A stretch of 64,000 bases of DNA from a virus (IMGVR_UViG_3300033463_000004:128001-192000), one strand, 5' to 3'; shown: positions 18,923 through 30,293, counted from the stretch's first letter. Numbers and translations: made by a program. Notes: generated from the letters alone by a model not told the origin.

Positions 18923-20845
18923 TCAAGCTTTTACAACTTTTTCCAAAGGTGTTGTTGTCGGTTTAACCCCATCGATTGTTTGTGCAAGTCCAACATTAAT
19001 TGCAGATGAAATATCTTGGAATAATAAACCTTGTAAGATACCTGCACGTTGAACTGCAACACGGAATTGTTCCTTGTCATATGACATTGGATCAACTCCA
19101 CCATGACCATATTTCAATGCAAATGATTTACCACCAGCGCGACAAACACGTCTTGCAATAATCTCATATGTAATAGAAGGTCCGGTCAAATCAATTTTGT
19201 TAATTTCCATACAACGGAACATCATTTCTGTCATCATATTATATGGAATTTGTGCAGTCTTTGAATACAAATATATTTGGTTAATATAAAACTCAACATT
19301 CTTAACAGATTGACGAATTGCAACAGAACAGATTTGTGAGTCAGGTTCATATTGCAAAATAAAGTAATCAGGGTCTTCTTGAATGTCATCATAGATTTTG
19401 AAATCCAATGTTGTCGGCACAGTCATTCTGGTTGACAGTATTTCACGTCCTTCGTTGTTATAGAACTTCACAGGGACAACCCCGAATGAAGAACATGTGG
19501 TTGCTTCCAATGAGAATCCCTTAAATTCATCAAACATTTTCGGAATGAATATTTTCATCGGAAGCTTATTAACAATAAATCCTTCTTGAATATCAAAATA
19601 ACTATTCGGTTGCTCAAAAATCCATTTCTTATCAATGACCGCAGCCGATTGTGATAAGTCATGCTTTGATTTCAATTTCAAGTTCAATAACTTTTGTGTG
19701 ATTGATGTAACAAGTAGACCAATCTGTGTGACTTCCAAATTATGGAATACTCTACCTGCACATTTGCCACAAATTTGTTCGTGTGTACAACACTGCGGTG
19801 AATACATATTGACAGTCTTACCAACATAATTACCAATATTATCAATGGTAGTTAATACTTTCTTACCACCTTCATTGATATATCGATAAAGCATATACTG
19901 TTTATTTCGATCAGTAATTGTGAGAGGTATCGCTTGTGTAGTACCACAATCAGAATCAGGATCTGGGTCGATACTAATGGATTGCAACAATGCAAGAATG
20001 ATTTTTGCCATATAACCGGCATCAGCAGTACCAATTGCTGACGGATATGCACCTGCAACAACAGAGTTAGCAAATGACGGAATGTCTTTTTTATTGATAC
20101 CATCCATCAGTGAAGACTCAGAAATATCGAATCGACCAGTTAAACTATTGAAAACTGCACCACGCATGACATTAATTGTCTTATAATTGTTATCCAAATT
20201 TCCGTCACCAGATGCATACATGTCATATCCGTAATCATTTTTCAGATTCTCACGGACGAGTTTCATCAACTCTTTTTCAACTGCATTTGATGCAAGTAAT
20301 TGTTTTGTTGGATCTTTTGAATGTAAGTCATCATGATATTTTTCAAGTAATTGTAATTTCAATTGTTTTACATTTTGCATGGGTCGAACAAGTGATGGTG
20401 AAATTGTTGATGATAAGAATGAAGCACTTTGGAATCCAAGTTTATCACGTCTATCAACAAACATACCAAGAATTTTTGTATCGATTTGAGATGTGATAAC
20501 GAGGTTATTCACCAACATATTTAACTGTCCCAAACCTTTCTTGTGAAGAGGGATGTTCCAATATCCAAGAAATTTAATGATACCTGTATATTCCAATAAG
20601 TATCGGTTCATGAATAATATCCCAAGTGTTGTTTCAACTTCATCTTTCACGAATTCATATTCTGAATGTGTTAATTTGATATGATCATTGGCATTAAATG
20701 CAGATTGTTTTTGTGAATTTGTAGACCTATCATAATAAGATGCAAACAAGCTTTCAAGAAAAGCTTTATTAAATTCTGATATATCAGCACCCAAGATACG
20801 TTGTTTTCCAACCTGGGATGATGACGATGTCATAGGTTGTGCCAT
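18923..20845 (-). CDS. Multisubunit RNA polymerase beta'-like C-terminal subunit (probably the virion RNAP)
   Basis: Bridge helix TADAGYMAK, DCGT, SPQCC..ICGKC Zn site, trigger-loop-like 'IGLL..ITQKLLNLKLKSKH'; late-type promoter upstream. Confidence 0.85.
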   Translation of the reverse strand: MAQPMTSSSSQVGKQRILGADISEFNKAFLESLFASYYDRSTNSQKQSAFNANDHIKLTHSEYEFVKDEVETTLGILFMNRYLLEYTGIIKFLGYWNIPLHKKGLGQLNMLVNNLVITSQIDTKILGMFVDRRDKLGFQSASFLSSTISPSLVRPMQNVKQLKLQLLEKYHDDLHSKDPTKQLLASNAVEKELMKLVRENLKNDYGYDMYASGDGNLDNNYKTINVMRGAVFNSLTGRFDISESSLMDGINKKDIPSFANSVVAGAYPSAIGTADAGYMAKIILALLQSISIDPDPDSDCGTTQAIPLTITDRNKQYMLYRYINEGGKKVLTTIDNIGNYVGKTVNMYSPQCCTHEQICGKCAGRVFHNLEVTQIGLLVTSITQKLLNLKLKSKHDLSQSAAVIDKKWIFEQPNSYFDIQEGFIVNKLPMKIFIPKMFDEFKGFSLEATTCSSFGVVPVKFYNNEGREILSTRMTVPTTLDFKIYDDIQEDPDYFILQYEPDSQICSVAIRQSVKNVEFYINQIYLYSKTAQIPYNMMTEMMFRCMEINKIDLTGPSITYEIIARRVCRAGGKSFALKYGHGGVDPMSYDKEQFRVAVQRAGILQGLLFQDISSAINVGLAQTIDGVKPTTTPLEKVVKA

Positions 20846-20873
20846 ATCTTTTCCTCCTTTATATGATAAAGAT

Positions 20874-20886
20874 TATCGTTCGGTTT
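20874..20886 (-). promoter_or_regulatory. Late-type promoter AAACC-N6-TA
   Basis: AAACC GAACGA TAA. Confidence 0.6.
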
Positions 20887-20912
20887 CCTGAACTATTTTT
20901 ATTTTTGATATG

Positions 20913-20921
20913 TATATTATT
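20913..20921 (+). promoter_or_regulatory. Early-type promoter TATATTATT
   Basis: Followed by the hairpin AATAGGA-N7-TCCTATT. Confidence 0.6.
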
Positions 20922-20980
20922 GCCATGAATAGGATGAATGTTCCTATTTAAATAATTAAATTGAAAGTGAGGACTCCACA

Positions 20981-21577
20981 ATGATTATCCCCGACCAACT
21001 GCTAAAAGAGATAGCGGAAAAGAATCTTGAAATGTTTTTCGCAAGGAATGTATTTCAGATTGAGATTGAGCATATCAAACATACATTATTGCTCAAGATC
21101 TATCCAGCAGACAGACATGATTCACCATTATCTGCAATACTTGAAATCAATTGTAAAGAGAGACGAAAGATGATGACATTTATGAGCGTTCAATTGTATT
21201 GCGAAGCAATTGATGATGATTTCTTGGAGTTCGTGAAATGTTGCCAAGAAATCCAAATCAAGATCGATCAGATATCCTGTTATCAGAAAATTTATTATGG
21301 ATATGAAGATCGATTGTTGGTAAACTTCACAGAAATCGGTATCGACAAAGATGATTTAACGAGAGACCTGATCGTTAAACGTGACGGTGATATCTCGTTA
21401 ATCAGTTTCAAAGAAGACGGTACTGCAACAACAACAGCATTTTTATCGATCGACGAATTCGTTGAATACTTGGATAAAATTGATGATGTAAATATCGATT
21501 ACTGTGGAGCAACATTCGTCTATCTGACAGATTATGACCGTTATGATGATTCTGATATCGATGATGAGGATGAATAA
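20981..21577 (+). CDS. Early hypothetical protein
   Basis: Monocistronic unit with its own promoter, RBS and terminator. Confidence 0.7.
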   Translation: MIIPDQLLKEIAEKNLEMFFARNVFQIEIEHIKHTLLLKIYPADRHDSPLSAILEINCKERRKMMTFMSVQLYCEAIDDDFLEFVKCCQEIQIKIDQISCYQKIYYGYEDRLLVNFTEIGIDKDDLTRDLIVKRDGDISLISFKEDGTATTTAFLSIDEFVEYLDKIDDVNIDYCGATFVYLTDYDRYDDSDIDDEDE

Positions 21578-21622
21578 ATGTGGGGGCGAAAGCCCCCACA
21601 TTACCCATTTCTTCTTTTTTTT
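21578..21622 (+). terminator. Intrinsic terminator (GAAA loop)
   Basis: ATGTGGGGGC-GAAA-GCCCCCACAT with a T-rich tail. Confidence 0.8.
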
Positions 21623-22064
21623 ACTTGAATATCTTTCCGAATATCTTGTAGCGAGGTTCCTCCTCGTCAAACCAGATATACCGGATTACATCATCAAGAA
21701 AAATTCCGATTGCTGATAATAAGAACCACAAGCATGAATTTAACAGACAAATTTGTCCATAGAAGTTCAGAAATCTTCCTGAGTAATCCCAGATGTTCCA
21801 TCCAAGTTTGATATTAAGAATATATCCAGATATCAATTCGAGTGCTGTAATCACAAATGCACCATAGAACATTTGTAACAGTAAAGGAATATCCCAAGTA
21901 TACCACTCATTCAGAAGACCAATGATGACAAAACAAATACCACCGACAATGAACATTGACCAATGTGTGAATCCGCGTAAACCAATTTCAATACCGGCAT
22001 AAATAAAACCGCCAATTAGAAACAGTATACATTCCATGATCAAATTTTTTGTCAGTTTATTCAT
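21621..22064 (-). CDS. Four-TM membrane protein (putative ABC permease / CmpB-like family)
   Basis: 'GGFIY..IEI..RG.THWSMF..GG', 'WNIWDYS...NFYGQICL'. Confidence 0.7.
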   Translation of the reverse strand: MNKLTKNLIMECILFLIGGFIYAGIEIGLRGFTHWSMFIVGGICFVIIGLLNEWYTWDIPLLLQMFYGAFVITALELISGYILNIKLGWNIWDYSGRFLNFYGQICLLNSCLWFLLSAIGIFLDDVIRYIWFDEEEPRYKIFGKIFK

Positions 22065-22462
22065 TATGATTCACCACCATTGTTCGCGTTTATTACAGCG
22101 GTAAAGATTTCTTCAAACAATCCAATGATCATGGTGTGATCAACGACATTATCGACATTTGATAACGCTTCACTGATTGTTCTTGACGATGTGATTGTCA
22201 TTGTTGCAAATCTTGCATACTCTTGTGATTCAAGTTTTTTATTGATTGCAACAATGACTGTACCGTTGTACAGATCCTCATTCAACGAAACTGCAATCAA
22301 CCATGTATGATCAACAACGAGATCATATGTTGTCGCGGAACGACGATTCATCGTATCTGAATAATGTTCTTCAATAACAGATATTGTTGTATCAAACAAC
22401 GTATTCTGATTTCGAACTTCTGTAACATTGGTTTCCATGTGTTCTTGAATTTCAGGTTTCAT
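22064..22462 (-). CDS. Hypothetical protein
   Basis: RBS AGGAGG; coupled to the next gene. Confidence 0.65.
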   Translation of the reverse strand: MKPEIQEHMETNVTEVRNQNTLFDTTISVIEEHYSDTMNRRSATTYDLVVDHTWLIAVSLNEDLYNGTVIVAINKKLESQEYARFATMTITSSRTISEALSNVDNVVDHTMIIGLFEEIFTAVINANNGGES

Positions 22463-22477
22463 AAGTCAGTTTCCTCC

Positions 22478-23167
22478 TTACATTGTAAAATATGCATTCA
22501 TATCAACCATCGGTATTGATTCTTCACGTTGAGGATGATAGATACTTTCATAATCAAACGGATCTTCAATAATACTCGTAAACGTGACTTGAGTCGTTTC
22601 TATAATTGCTTCCATCTGTCTATTGAGTTCATCATCTTCAATTCTGGAACCATAATTGAATGCAGCTATCTGTTCGAAATCAGATAGTGATTTGATATAT
22701 GCCTTAACAAAGTTATTATATGTCGTGTGGTATGTAACCCAGTTGACACAAAGTTGCGAAATCATCAGAATCTCTTCTGGTGTATATTGCCGACACAACT
22801 TCCCATCTGCATGATAAAAGATGGGAAGTTGCGGAGCCATAGCTGCTTGTGTTGCCAATTTAGATAAATTCATCTGATCATTTGTTGTTAATGAATAATG
22901 ATCGTCACCAACTTGAATGCCTGATTCAATCATTGAATGACATGTGGATGAGATGAATTCAAGTTTGATACGTTTTGCTTCTGCAATATGTTCTGCATCA
23001 GCATCAGCACGTTTTACGAATCTTCCTTCGATATATCGATATGAAAAGATATCATCTGCAATGTCTGGTGGGATGTTATCTACTTGACAACACCCTTCCG
23101 CGTTGGGATCTCCTCCAACGCGGCAGAATTCAATAATGTTATATTCATTATCAAGCTTAATAACCAT
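22478..23167 (-). CDS. Tail-fibre-associated protein (DUF4376-like, possible chaperone)
   Basis: 'YSLTTNDQMNL', 'FYHADGKLCRQY'; immediately downstream of the fibre gene. Confidence 0.6.
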   Translation of the reverse strand: MVIKLDNEYNIIEFCRVGGDPNAEGCCQVDNIPPDIADDIFSYRYIEGRFVKRADADAEHIAEAKRIKLEFISSTCHSMIESGIQVGDDHYSLTTNDQMNLSKLATQAAMAPQLPIFYHADGKLCRQYTPEEILMISQLCVNWVTYHTTYNNFVKAYIKSLSDFEQIAAFNYGSRIEDDELNRQMEAIIETTQVTFTSIIEDPFDYESIYHPQREESIPMVDMNAYFTM

Positions 23168-23183
23168 TTTAGATCAAACCTCC

Positions 23184-26100
23184 TTACATGATTCCATAAA
23201 TTCTTATTGATTTAAATTTCAAATAATAAGAAGTACTGGTCCATCTAGAACCAGTGAACGTGAGTGTGTAGTTATTGCTGTACCCGACATTTAGTGTTAA
23301 ATGTGGACCATATGATGATGAAGATCCCCAGTTTGGGTGATAACCGATACCGACATTATATGAAACACCGGTTCCACTTACTGCCAACAAGTACTTTATT
23401 GGTATTAAGAAATTAAATCTGAAACCATATGAACCTTCACCAGAATCAGTCGATGATGTTGAAATTGTACATGTCATGACGCAATATAATAATTTCCATT
23501 GAGTCATAATAGCGTCTGTACATGTAACACTGGCATTTGAAACATTTCCACCTGAAGTATTGTTCCATGTTTGATCTGCCAATAATGGTTGAATCTCTTC
23601 ACGACCATTTGAGTATCCATCGATAGTCCAATGCGGATTATAATTCGTATTTTGTGACAAATGATATGTTGCAGTATGACCAGAAGGAAATTCATAATAT
23701 CCTGATGTGATCGTACCGATACGTTGTTCTGCACCCGAGGTTATTTTCAACAAATATGTTCCATAACTTTGTGGTGGATGTGAGCCTGTATTTTCACACA
23801 TACCAATGAATTCAAAAGTTGCACCGCATAAATGCATTTCATAATAAATTCCATCTACAGTAAATTGTAGAATGTCATTATAATCATAAGAATATTTTGA
23901 TTGAATAATCACATGTTCCCATGTACTTGCGTGAATATATCCTTGTGATATAAAATGTGCCATCAAATCAGCTAATGTAACTCGTTGTTTGTCACTTGAT
24001 TTACATTTGATATATACATTTCCAATAGTGGAGATTTGTCCGGGAATTGTTAATAAACCATTTGAATTAAATACCCATGATTTAGACGAATTTTGTATTT
24101 TTAATGTTGTTGAAGCAGCTGCTATATTCCAATCATATGTTGACGTTGCGGTATCTGATGTATGGAAGTTAATACCTGAACCAATACCCATAGCACCATC
24201 AGATGCAATCCATGGGAACTTATCAAACCATGCACCTGAAACAGCTTTTACAGATGTATCGATAATATCATAATATGTACTTCCATTAGAAAGATAATGT
24301 CGAAACAATCCTGTTGTAGAAGCTAATGCGAGATATCCGAGTGTTTGTGTTGCATTATTATTTACATTTGTAAATTTAATCGCAGCAGTACCAGTGCCTT
24401 CACGATGAATTGTCAAAGGTGCCCATGAAGAATTGGATATGTTTACATTTGCAAAGTATCCCCAATTCCATCTGGCTGTCGAATAACCTATCTGACCTTT
24501 TTTGTCTATCGACGGACAGAAAACACCTTGTGAATCAATATATATTGTTCTTAAATTTGTCCAATCTTCATGCGCTGTTGTTGATAAACTATCAGAACCA
24601 GTTATGAATGTAATATTTGTATCTGAAGATATTATCATCCGTTCTTCAGTAACACTGAATGCTGATGAATATGGGGTCAAGCTTGCATCAAATGCTGTCT
24701 CAAATAGATTTTTACCAGATTCACCAGAACTAATCATTGTTATTCCGCCATGAGTGTACCCCAAAAATAATCCGTAACCATAACTATTACCAGGGATCAT
24801 TTTAACGAATGAACCTGAGTAGCTCGATGAAAGATTCGCAGGTTGATAATTTATCACAAAGCCAGCATTATCTGCATCTGATAATAATATAGAATCTTTG
24901 TAAAGACGCAACCATGTATTGTTATAAGCCGTACCCATATAGAAATATTGAGTTTCAGTATTATTTGCAGAAAAGGCACCAAATGAACCAATTGCAGTTG
25001 ACCAGTCATCAGAGAAAACTGTTATTCCACGTGCCCATGATGAATTTATAACTTGGAATTGTGTGCCATAATATGTTAAACGACAGCTGTTTGCGTTACT
25101 TGATGGGATCGTTATCGTCGCAGATGCATCCATAGTTCCACCTGCAAGCGGTAAATACGGGTGTGTATGCGAAGGTAAATCAGATGCCGCAACTGAAGCA
25201 GTACCTGTGATATGACCGGATGCATTGTATTTGATTTTATATAAACCTGCTGTTGTCACTGCGGTAACAGAATCCGTATGATTAATCGTATATGTATTAC
25301 CAGTATAACTTGTCGAAGCAGCTGTAGCAATTGATAAACCTGTTCCTGCTAATAGATTTCCAGTATGGAGTATTGGATATTCTGTACTATGACTAGAATT
25401 ACTTGCATTGGGCAAGTAAACATTGATTGTCATATTACCTTTTGAATTTGTTGAATCATATCCTGTTGAAATATATGTCTTTCCAACGTGTCCTGCAACC
25501 GACGACGATTTTGCACCAATCCACAAATTCGTACCATTATCACTGATTCCTGCATAAACATTCGATCCACTGTCTTTCAAGTAAATACCTTTACCTGTTG
25601 CATTAAACTTTAAGTCACCAGAAATCTGATCGGAACCAGCTAATGGAATATATGAATGTGTATGACTGATGGGTGCGTAAACACTGTCAGCTTTTCCTTT
25701 TACATATGACCATAAAGCAGACATTGGTCGACGGTGATATGTTGTTGTAGATGTTCCACCGCCAACATATTGAGAGACATAATAATCGGCATCTACAGGT
25801 GTGGATGATCCTGTACTGAGTTTGTTTATTAAACCGCTTACATCAGTTGCATCCAAAGCTGATGCAGCTGAAACATGACCAGTGCCATCAACTGTAATTT
25901 TATAAACGCCTGACGATTTTGAAGTGTATGTCTTGTGTGAAAGTGACACACCATATTTGACTGTAACCGCGGTATTACCGGATCCAATTGTTTGAGAATT
26001 CTCTGTTACTGTTATAACATTATCTCCGCTGGTTATACATCCAGGTGTTAATAATCCAACCCAATCACTCCATGTATCAGTGTCTTTTTGTCTAAATAAT

Positions 26101-27905
26101 GGACGATCATTTGTTGCAGTCATCTGCCATACGTCTGCTGCTGAACCAGATTGAATACCAACCCAATCGTACATTCCACCAATCAAGTCATTACCCCAGA
26201 AGAAGAAATTTCCATCAGTGGAATCAACTGTCGATGATGTCAATTGTTTTACATAACCGGCAGCTAAATCATATGCAGATTTAACAGCAGATGGTGTGGC
26301 TGCTAATGCTGTTGATGTTGATGATGTAGATGATGATAATTTGACAAGACCATATGCCGATGTTGTACCAGCTGGAACTGTTGCGGTTGTTGCAGATCCG
26401 GTAGATGGTGTTAATGTGACAACGTACGTTGCATCACTCGCAGCTCCTGACAATGAATATGTTGTATTCGTGTCACTACCAGGAATACCCAACGCAGTGA
26501 TATCCGCTTTCACAACTGCTGTAGAACCAGTGATATGTCCTTGTGCATCATATTTGAATTTCAAAAATGAATTCGATGTTACTGCAGTAACAGAATTCGT
26601 ATGACTTAAACGCACACCAGAATTGAATGTCACAGCACCATCATCGGTTCCAATTGTCGTTGTTGTAATTGTAGCAGTTATACCACCATTCGCCGTAACA
26701 GATGATGGTGATAATAAACTGATCCAATCTTGCCAAACAGTACTACTTCCACCGTTATCATTTTGACGATATAGCAACATATTTCCTGCATATGGCATAA
26801 GTTGAAATTTATCGGAACCAGAATCTCCCTGGATACCAATCCAGTCATAGCTTCCATTACCTAATAAATTATCACCATAGAAAAAACAAGATCCCGCGGT
26901 AGAATCAACTGTTGATGATGTAAATAATTTTGGTGCAAGGAATCCATCAAATTTAGTCGCAAAAATTGTACCAGATGCTGGTTGACAATAAATTGCCTGT
27001 GTTGTAAACGTCGTATCTGTCACAGTTGATGGTGCGAATCCAGCAGTTGCACTATTGGATGCACCTATTACGAGTGGACGATAATTTGTATATGTCGATC
27101 CAACTGCGGTTTGTGTAACCTTCGTATCAGTATTAGTATTCGTCTGACAATAGATATCTGTTGACGTACCGTTGATCTTAATTGTACCAATCTTTGTTCC
27201 AGAGGTGAGTACTTGTGTGAATGACGTCGTCCCAGTATTCAGAACTGTTCCTGATGTTGCCGGAAATGTTTGAATGATTTCAGAATTCGTCGATGAAACT
27301 TTGAATGTGTGGTACGATGTTCCAGGAGAATATAAACGGATCAAGCCCTCTTCATTGTCAGCTGTTCCTGAAGCTGTTGAATTACCTAATATCAACCGTG
27401 AATTACCGACTGCTGATGTTGTACCTTTGGTATGATTGAACTTAATTGATGCCATGATATTAACACCAGCAGTACCTGCGCCAGTTACAAACGTCGGCAT
27501 GTAAGAGGTGTCAGCAGTTGATGCAGGTAATAATGTCGCAGTAACCTTGGTATCAGTATTGGTATCATCGTGATAATCATTCATAATCCATGAGGTTCCA
27601 TCATATGTAAATGATACAATGGATCCAGCAGGCCATGATGCTGCAACAGTTGTACCAGGAACTGTTGTTCCATATCTATACACATTCTTTGCTGCAGTTG
27701 ATCCGACCTTTAATGTCGGTGAAGCAGCTGTATTTGAATATGTAAATTTGACATGGATTGTGACTCCGGATAATAATTTATCGAAATCTGCACATGTGAC
27801 AACCTTTGCTGCGGTTGCAGCTGCTGTGTCACATGTTCCATATAATGTAGAACCAATCAAGCCGGTACTACCGGCTGAGTCGGTTATCTTACCTACAAAC
27901 GGCAT
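23184..27905 (-). CDS. Long tail fibre / receptor-binding protein
   Basis: Thr/Ser/Gly-rich; 'GLVKLSSSTSSTSTALAATPSAVKSAYDLA' fibre repeat; HTH(S/P)Y.PLAG knots; GHITG repeats. Confidence 0.85.
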   Translation of the reverse strand: MPFVGKITDSAGSTGLIGSTLYGTCDTAAATAAKVVTCADFDKLLSGVTIHVKFTYSNTAASPTLKVGSTAAKNVYRYGTTVPGTTVAASWPAGSIVSFTYDGTSWIMNDYHDDTNTDTKVTATLLPASTADTSYMPTFVTGAGTAGVNIMASIKFNHTKGTTSAVGNSRLILGNSTASGTADNEEGLIRLYSPGTSYHTFKVSSTNSEIIQTFPATSGTVLNTGTTSFTQVLTSGTKIGTIKINGTSTDIYCQTNTNTDTKVTQTAVGSTYTNYRPLVIGASNSATAGFAPSTVTDTTFTTQAIYCQPASGTIFATKFDGFLAPKLFTSSTVDSTAGSCFFYGDNLLGNGSYDWIGIQGDSGSDKFQLMPYAGNMLLYRQNDNGGSSTVWQDWISLLSPSSVTANGGITATITTTTIGTDDGAVTFNSGVRLSHTNSVTAVTSNSFLKFKYDAQGHITGSTAVVKADITALGIPGSDTNTTYSLSGAASDATYVVTLTPSTGSATTATVPAGTTSAYGLVKLSSSTSSTSTALAATPSAVKSAYDLAAGYVKQLTSSTVDSTDGNFFFWGNDLIGGMYDWVGIQSGSAADVWQMTATNDRPLFRQKDTDTWSDWVGLLTPGCITSGDNVITVTENSQTIGSGNTAVTVKYGVSLSHKTYTSKSSGVYKITVDGTGHVSAASALDATDVSGLINKLSTGSSTPVDADYYVSQYVGGGTSTTTYHRRPMSALWSYVKGKADSVYAPISHTHSYIPLAGSDQISGDLKFNATGKGIYLKDSGSNVYAGISDNGTNLWIGAKSSSVAGHVGKTYISTGYDSTNSKGNMTINVYLPNASNSSHSTEYPILHTGNLLAGTGLSIATAASTSYTGNTYTINHTDSVTAVTTAGLYKIKYNASGHITGTASVAASDLPSHTHPYLPLAGGTMDASATITIPSSNANSCRLTYYGTQFQVINSSWARGITVFSDDWSTAIGSFGAFSANNTETQYFYMGTAYNNTWLRLYKDSILLSDADNAGFVINYQPANLSSSYSGSFVKMIPGNSYGYGLFLGYTHGGITMISSGESGKNLFETAFDASLTPYSSAFSVTEERMIISSDTNITFITGSDSLSTTAHEDWTNLRTIYIDSQGVFCPSIDKKGQIGYSTARWNWGYFANVNISNSSWAPLTIHREGTGTAAIKFTNVNNNATQTLGYLALASTTGLFRHYLSNGSTYYDIIDTSVKAVSGAWFDKFPWIASDGAMGIGSGINFHTSDTATSTYDWNIAAASTTLKIQNSSKSWVFNSNGLLTIPGQISTIGNVYIKCKSSDKQRVTLADLMAHFISQGYIHASTWEHVIIQSKYSYDYNDILQFTVDGIYYEMHLCGATFEFIGMCENTGSHPPQSYGTYLLKITSGAEQRIGTITSGYYEFPSGHTATYHLSQNTNYNPHWTIDGYSNGREEIQPLLADQTWNNTSGGNVSNASVTCTDAIMTQWKLLYCVMTCTISTSSTDSGEGSYGFRFNFLIPIKYLLAVSGTGVSYNVGIGYHPNWGSSSSYGPHLTLNVGYSNNYTLTFTGSRWTSTSYYLKFKSIRIYGIM

Positions 27906-27929
27906 AAAATAACCTCCATTATTTTATTT

Positions 27930-28865
27930 TTAACTCTTAACAGCCACCACCGTCTTCGAAGAAACAGAAATATTCGGAATACTTCTTGCAGTGTATGAAA
28001 GAGATGGGAGCGTACCCGGATCCCAACTATCTGTTGTGATTGCATCAAATGTAATTGCGGTACCAAGAACTGGTAATGTACCGGCAGACCAAGAATCTGC
28101 GGAATTTACTTTGATAGCTGTACCGAGTGTTGCAGCAGATCCAGCTGACCATGCTGAAATATATGTTGCAGTTTTATCTTCTGTCACCACAGTTGCAGTT
28201 GGAGTTGCTATTGTCAATACACCTTCTGAAATGGTTGCTGATGGAACAGCATTGTTTATCGTCTTAACTGATTTTGCAGTAACATTTGATTTTGTCATTG
28301 ATGGCGCCGTTCCTGCTGATGTTACATTTGGAATAGTCTTTTCAGTTGGTGTTAATGAAGGTAGTGTACCAACTGATGTAACATTTGGAACAACTATTGT
28401 TTCAACAGTTACGCTTGGTAATGTACCGGCAGACCACGCAGTGATATCATCAGCGGCAATTGCTGTACCTGCAGTTGCAGACCCCACTGATGTAGTTGTT
28501 AAAGCGGGTTGATCATTTAATACCCAATATCCTGTACCGGATACTTCAACATATGTCACCGCAATGATTGCACCAGCAGGCCATGATTCAATCACAGTTG
28601 TGCCAGGTTTGACAATTGTTCCATCGATACCATAACGAGCAATTGTTTTTGCACCTGTTGAATTAATATTCAATGTTGGATTTGCTACAGTATTGGAATA
28701 TTTAAATCGAACATGTACAGTGACGCCAATGAGTAATTTATCAAAATCAGATAACGTTACAACCTTTGCAGCAGTTGCAGCTGCTGTGTCACATGTACCA
28801 TATAATGTAGAACCTACTAGACCAGTTGTACCACTGGTATCTGTTATTTTACCTACATATGCCAT
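27930..28865 (-). CDS. Short fibre-like protein sharing the N-terminal domain of the long fibre
   Basis: First ~115 aa highly similar to 27905 (GSTLYGTCDTAAATAAKVVT); WSAGTLPS repeats. Confidence 0.75.
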   Translation of the reverse strand: MAYVGKITDTSGTTGLVGSTLYGTCDTAAATAAKVVTLSDFDKLLIGVTVHVRFKYSNTVANPTLNINSTGAKTIARYGIDGTIVKPGTTVIESWPAGAIIAVTYVEVSGTGYWVLNDQPALTTTSVGSATAGTAIAADDITAWSAGTLPSVTVETIVVPNVTSVGTLPSLTPTEKTIPNVTSAGTAPSMTKSNVTAKSVKTINNAVPSATISEGVLTIATPTATVVTEDKTATYISAWSAGSAATLGTAIKVNSADSWSAGTLPVLGTAITFDAITTDSWDPGTLPSLSYTARSIPNISVSSKTVVAVKS

Positions 28866-28878
28866 ATAGTTTTCCTCC

Positions 28879-30249
28879 TTATGGTGTTATACTTGAATCA
28901 AGCGTAAATGTTAATACACCTTGATTAATGTCACATGTTGTTGGATTTGGTGCATAGAGTTTCGTTCCATTCACAGAACCAATCTCAACACCAGACGTCA
29001 ATGTCTGTTGTACATCAACCGCAATCGCAACCGCATCATCTAAAAATTTTTTATCCGCATCAATCAGATTTGTACCATCATAATATAACACCGGATGCAT
29101 TTCCGTCAATGATATTTGATACGTGTTTCGTGGCATTCCAATATAAATATAATAGTACCCTGATCGAAGTGTTTGTGTTAAACCATTTTCCGTAACAGAC
29201 CAATGTCGATTTTCATCAAATGTTACTTCCCAATATATTGGTTTATACATCGTCCATCCAACTGTATCAGTGATACCGGTTGCTGAATAACGGGAATCAA
29301 TCGTTGTAATAATTGGAAATTCTGCGTCAGAACCTATCGCACTGCCTGATGCAACATTGGAGCTTCCAGAATAATAGTATATGTTTGGCTTATATCGGAA
29401 CTTTCCTGTTGTATAGAAAGACTTTGTTCCTGTACCATGTGTTGTTGTCAATGATTCCATTTGATCGTCTTTATTGATTGCGCACAATGAATATTGCTTT
29501 ACACCATTTGGTCCAGCTTTTAGACGTTCATTAACGTATGTCTGACTGTATGTATTATTGTCAGGAAGCGTTTGGTTTCCTGTAAACGCAATCGTGGAGA
29601 CAGAGAAGTTTGTTGAACTATATCCCGGAACGTCGGCAGGTTTCAAAGCATTATCATAGAACGTGAATTCACAACCTTGTTCTTCAAGTATCTCCAGAAC
29701 AATTGTACGTTTGTAACTCGCACTGGTTGGATTCGAGGATGATTGCATACCGATGCCAATTATGTTTCCATAATTTGTTGACGCATTATATCCGGCAGAA
29801 GTTAATCTTCCAATATAATGATAATATACTGGACGATACGATGTGTTCACCATATTATTGATGATATTATAAGACAACGCCGCTCTGGTGATTGTATATG
29901 TAACATCAGCATATGCCCGGTAGTTCACCTGACCAGGGACGTATATAAGAATTCGAAATCGGATGAATGCCGTATCGTCATACGTTGTAGGTCTCGCATA
30001 TCCAAAATAAAACACAGCACCCGTAGAATCATTTGAGGAGCCTATTACATCGGTAAATGTTTTGGATCTGATAATTAAATCATTTCGTGATGTACCATTA
30101 AATACTTCTGGTCGAAAGTCTTGATACCATTTTTGTATCTTACCCATCTGAGTTGCCAAATCTTCCGATGTTGATAACAGGTTTGCACGTGTCTGTTGTT
30201 CATGTAGCGTCATATTGACTTTGACGTTATCAAATTCCTTGTTCGACAT
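28879..30249 (-). CDS. Tail-fibre-associated structural protein
   Basis: N-terminus paralogous to 32304 ('F.NVK.N.T', 'DLA...GKIQ.WY'); late-type promoter upstream. Confidence 0.65.
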   Translation of the reverse strand: MSNKEFDNVKVNMTLHEQQTRANLLSTSEDLATQMGKIQKWYQDFRPEVFNGTSRNDLIIRSKTFTDVIGSSNDSTGAVFYFGYARPTTYDDTAFIRFRILIYVPGQVNYRAYADVTYTITRAALSYNIINNMVNTSYRPVYYHYIGRLTSAGYNASTNYGNIIGIGMQSSSNPTSASYKRTIVLEILEEQGCEFTFYDNALKPADVPGYSSTNFSVSTIAFTGNQTLPDNNTYSQTYVNERLKAGPNGVKQYSLCAINKDDQMESLTTTHGTGTKSFYTTGKFRYKPNIYYYSGSSNVASGSAIGSDAEFPIITTIDSRYSATGITDTVGWTMYKPIYWEVTFDENRHWSVTENGLTQTLRSGYYYIYIGMPRNTYQISLTEMHPVLYYDGTNLIDADKKFLDDAVAIAVDVQQTLTSGVEIGSVNGTKLYAPNPTTCDINQGVLTFTLDSSITP

Positions 30250-30280
30250 ATACGGATAACATCTCCTTTCTGTAAAAATT

Positions 30281-30293
30281 TACCGAAACGTTT
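30281..30293 (-). promoter_or_regulatory. Late-type promoter AAACG-N6-TA
   Basis: AAACG TTTCGG TAA. Confidence 0.6.
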
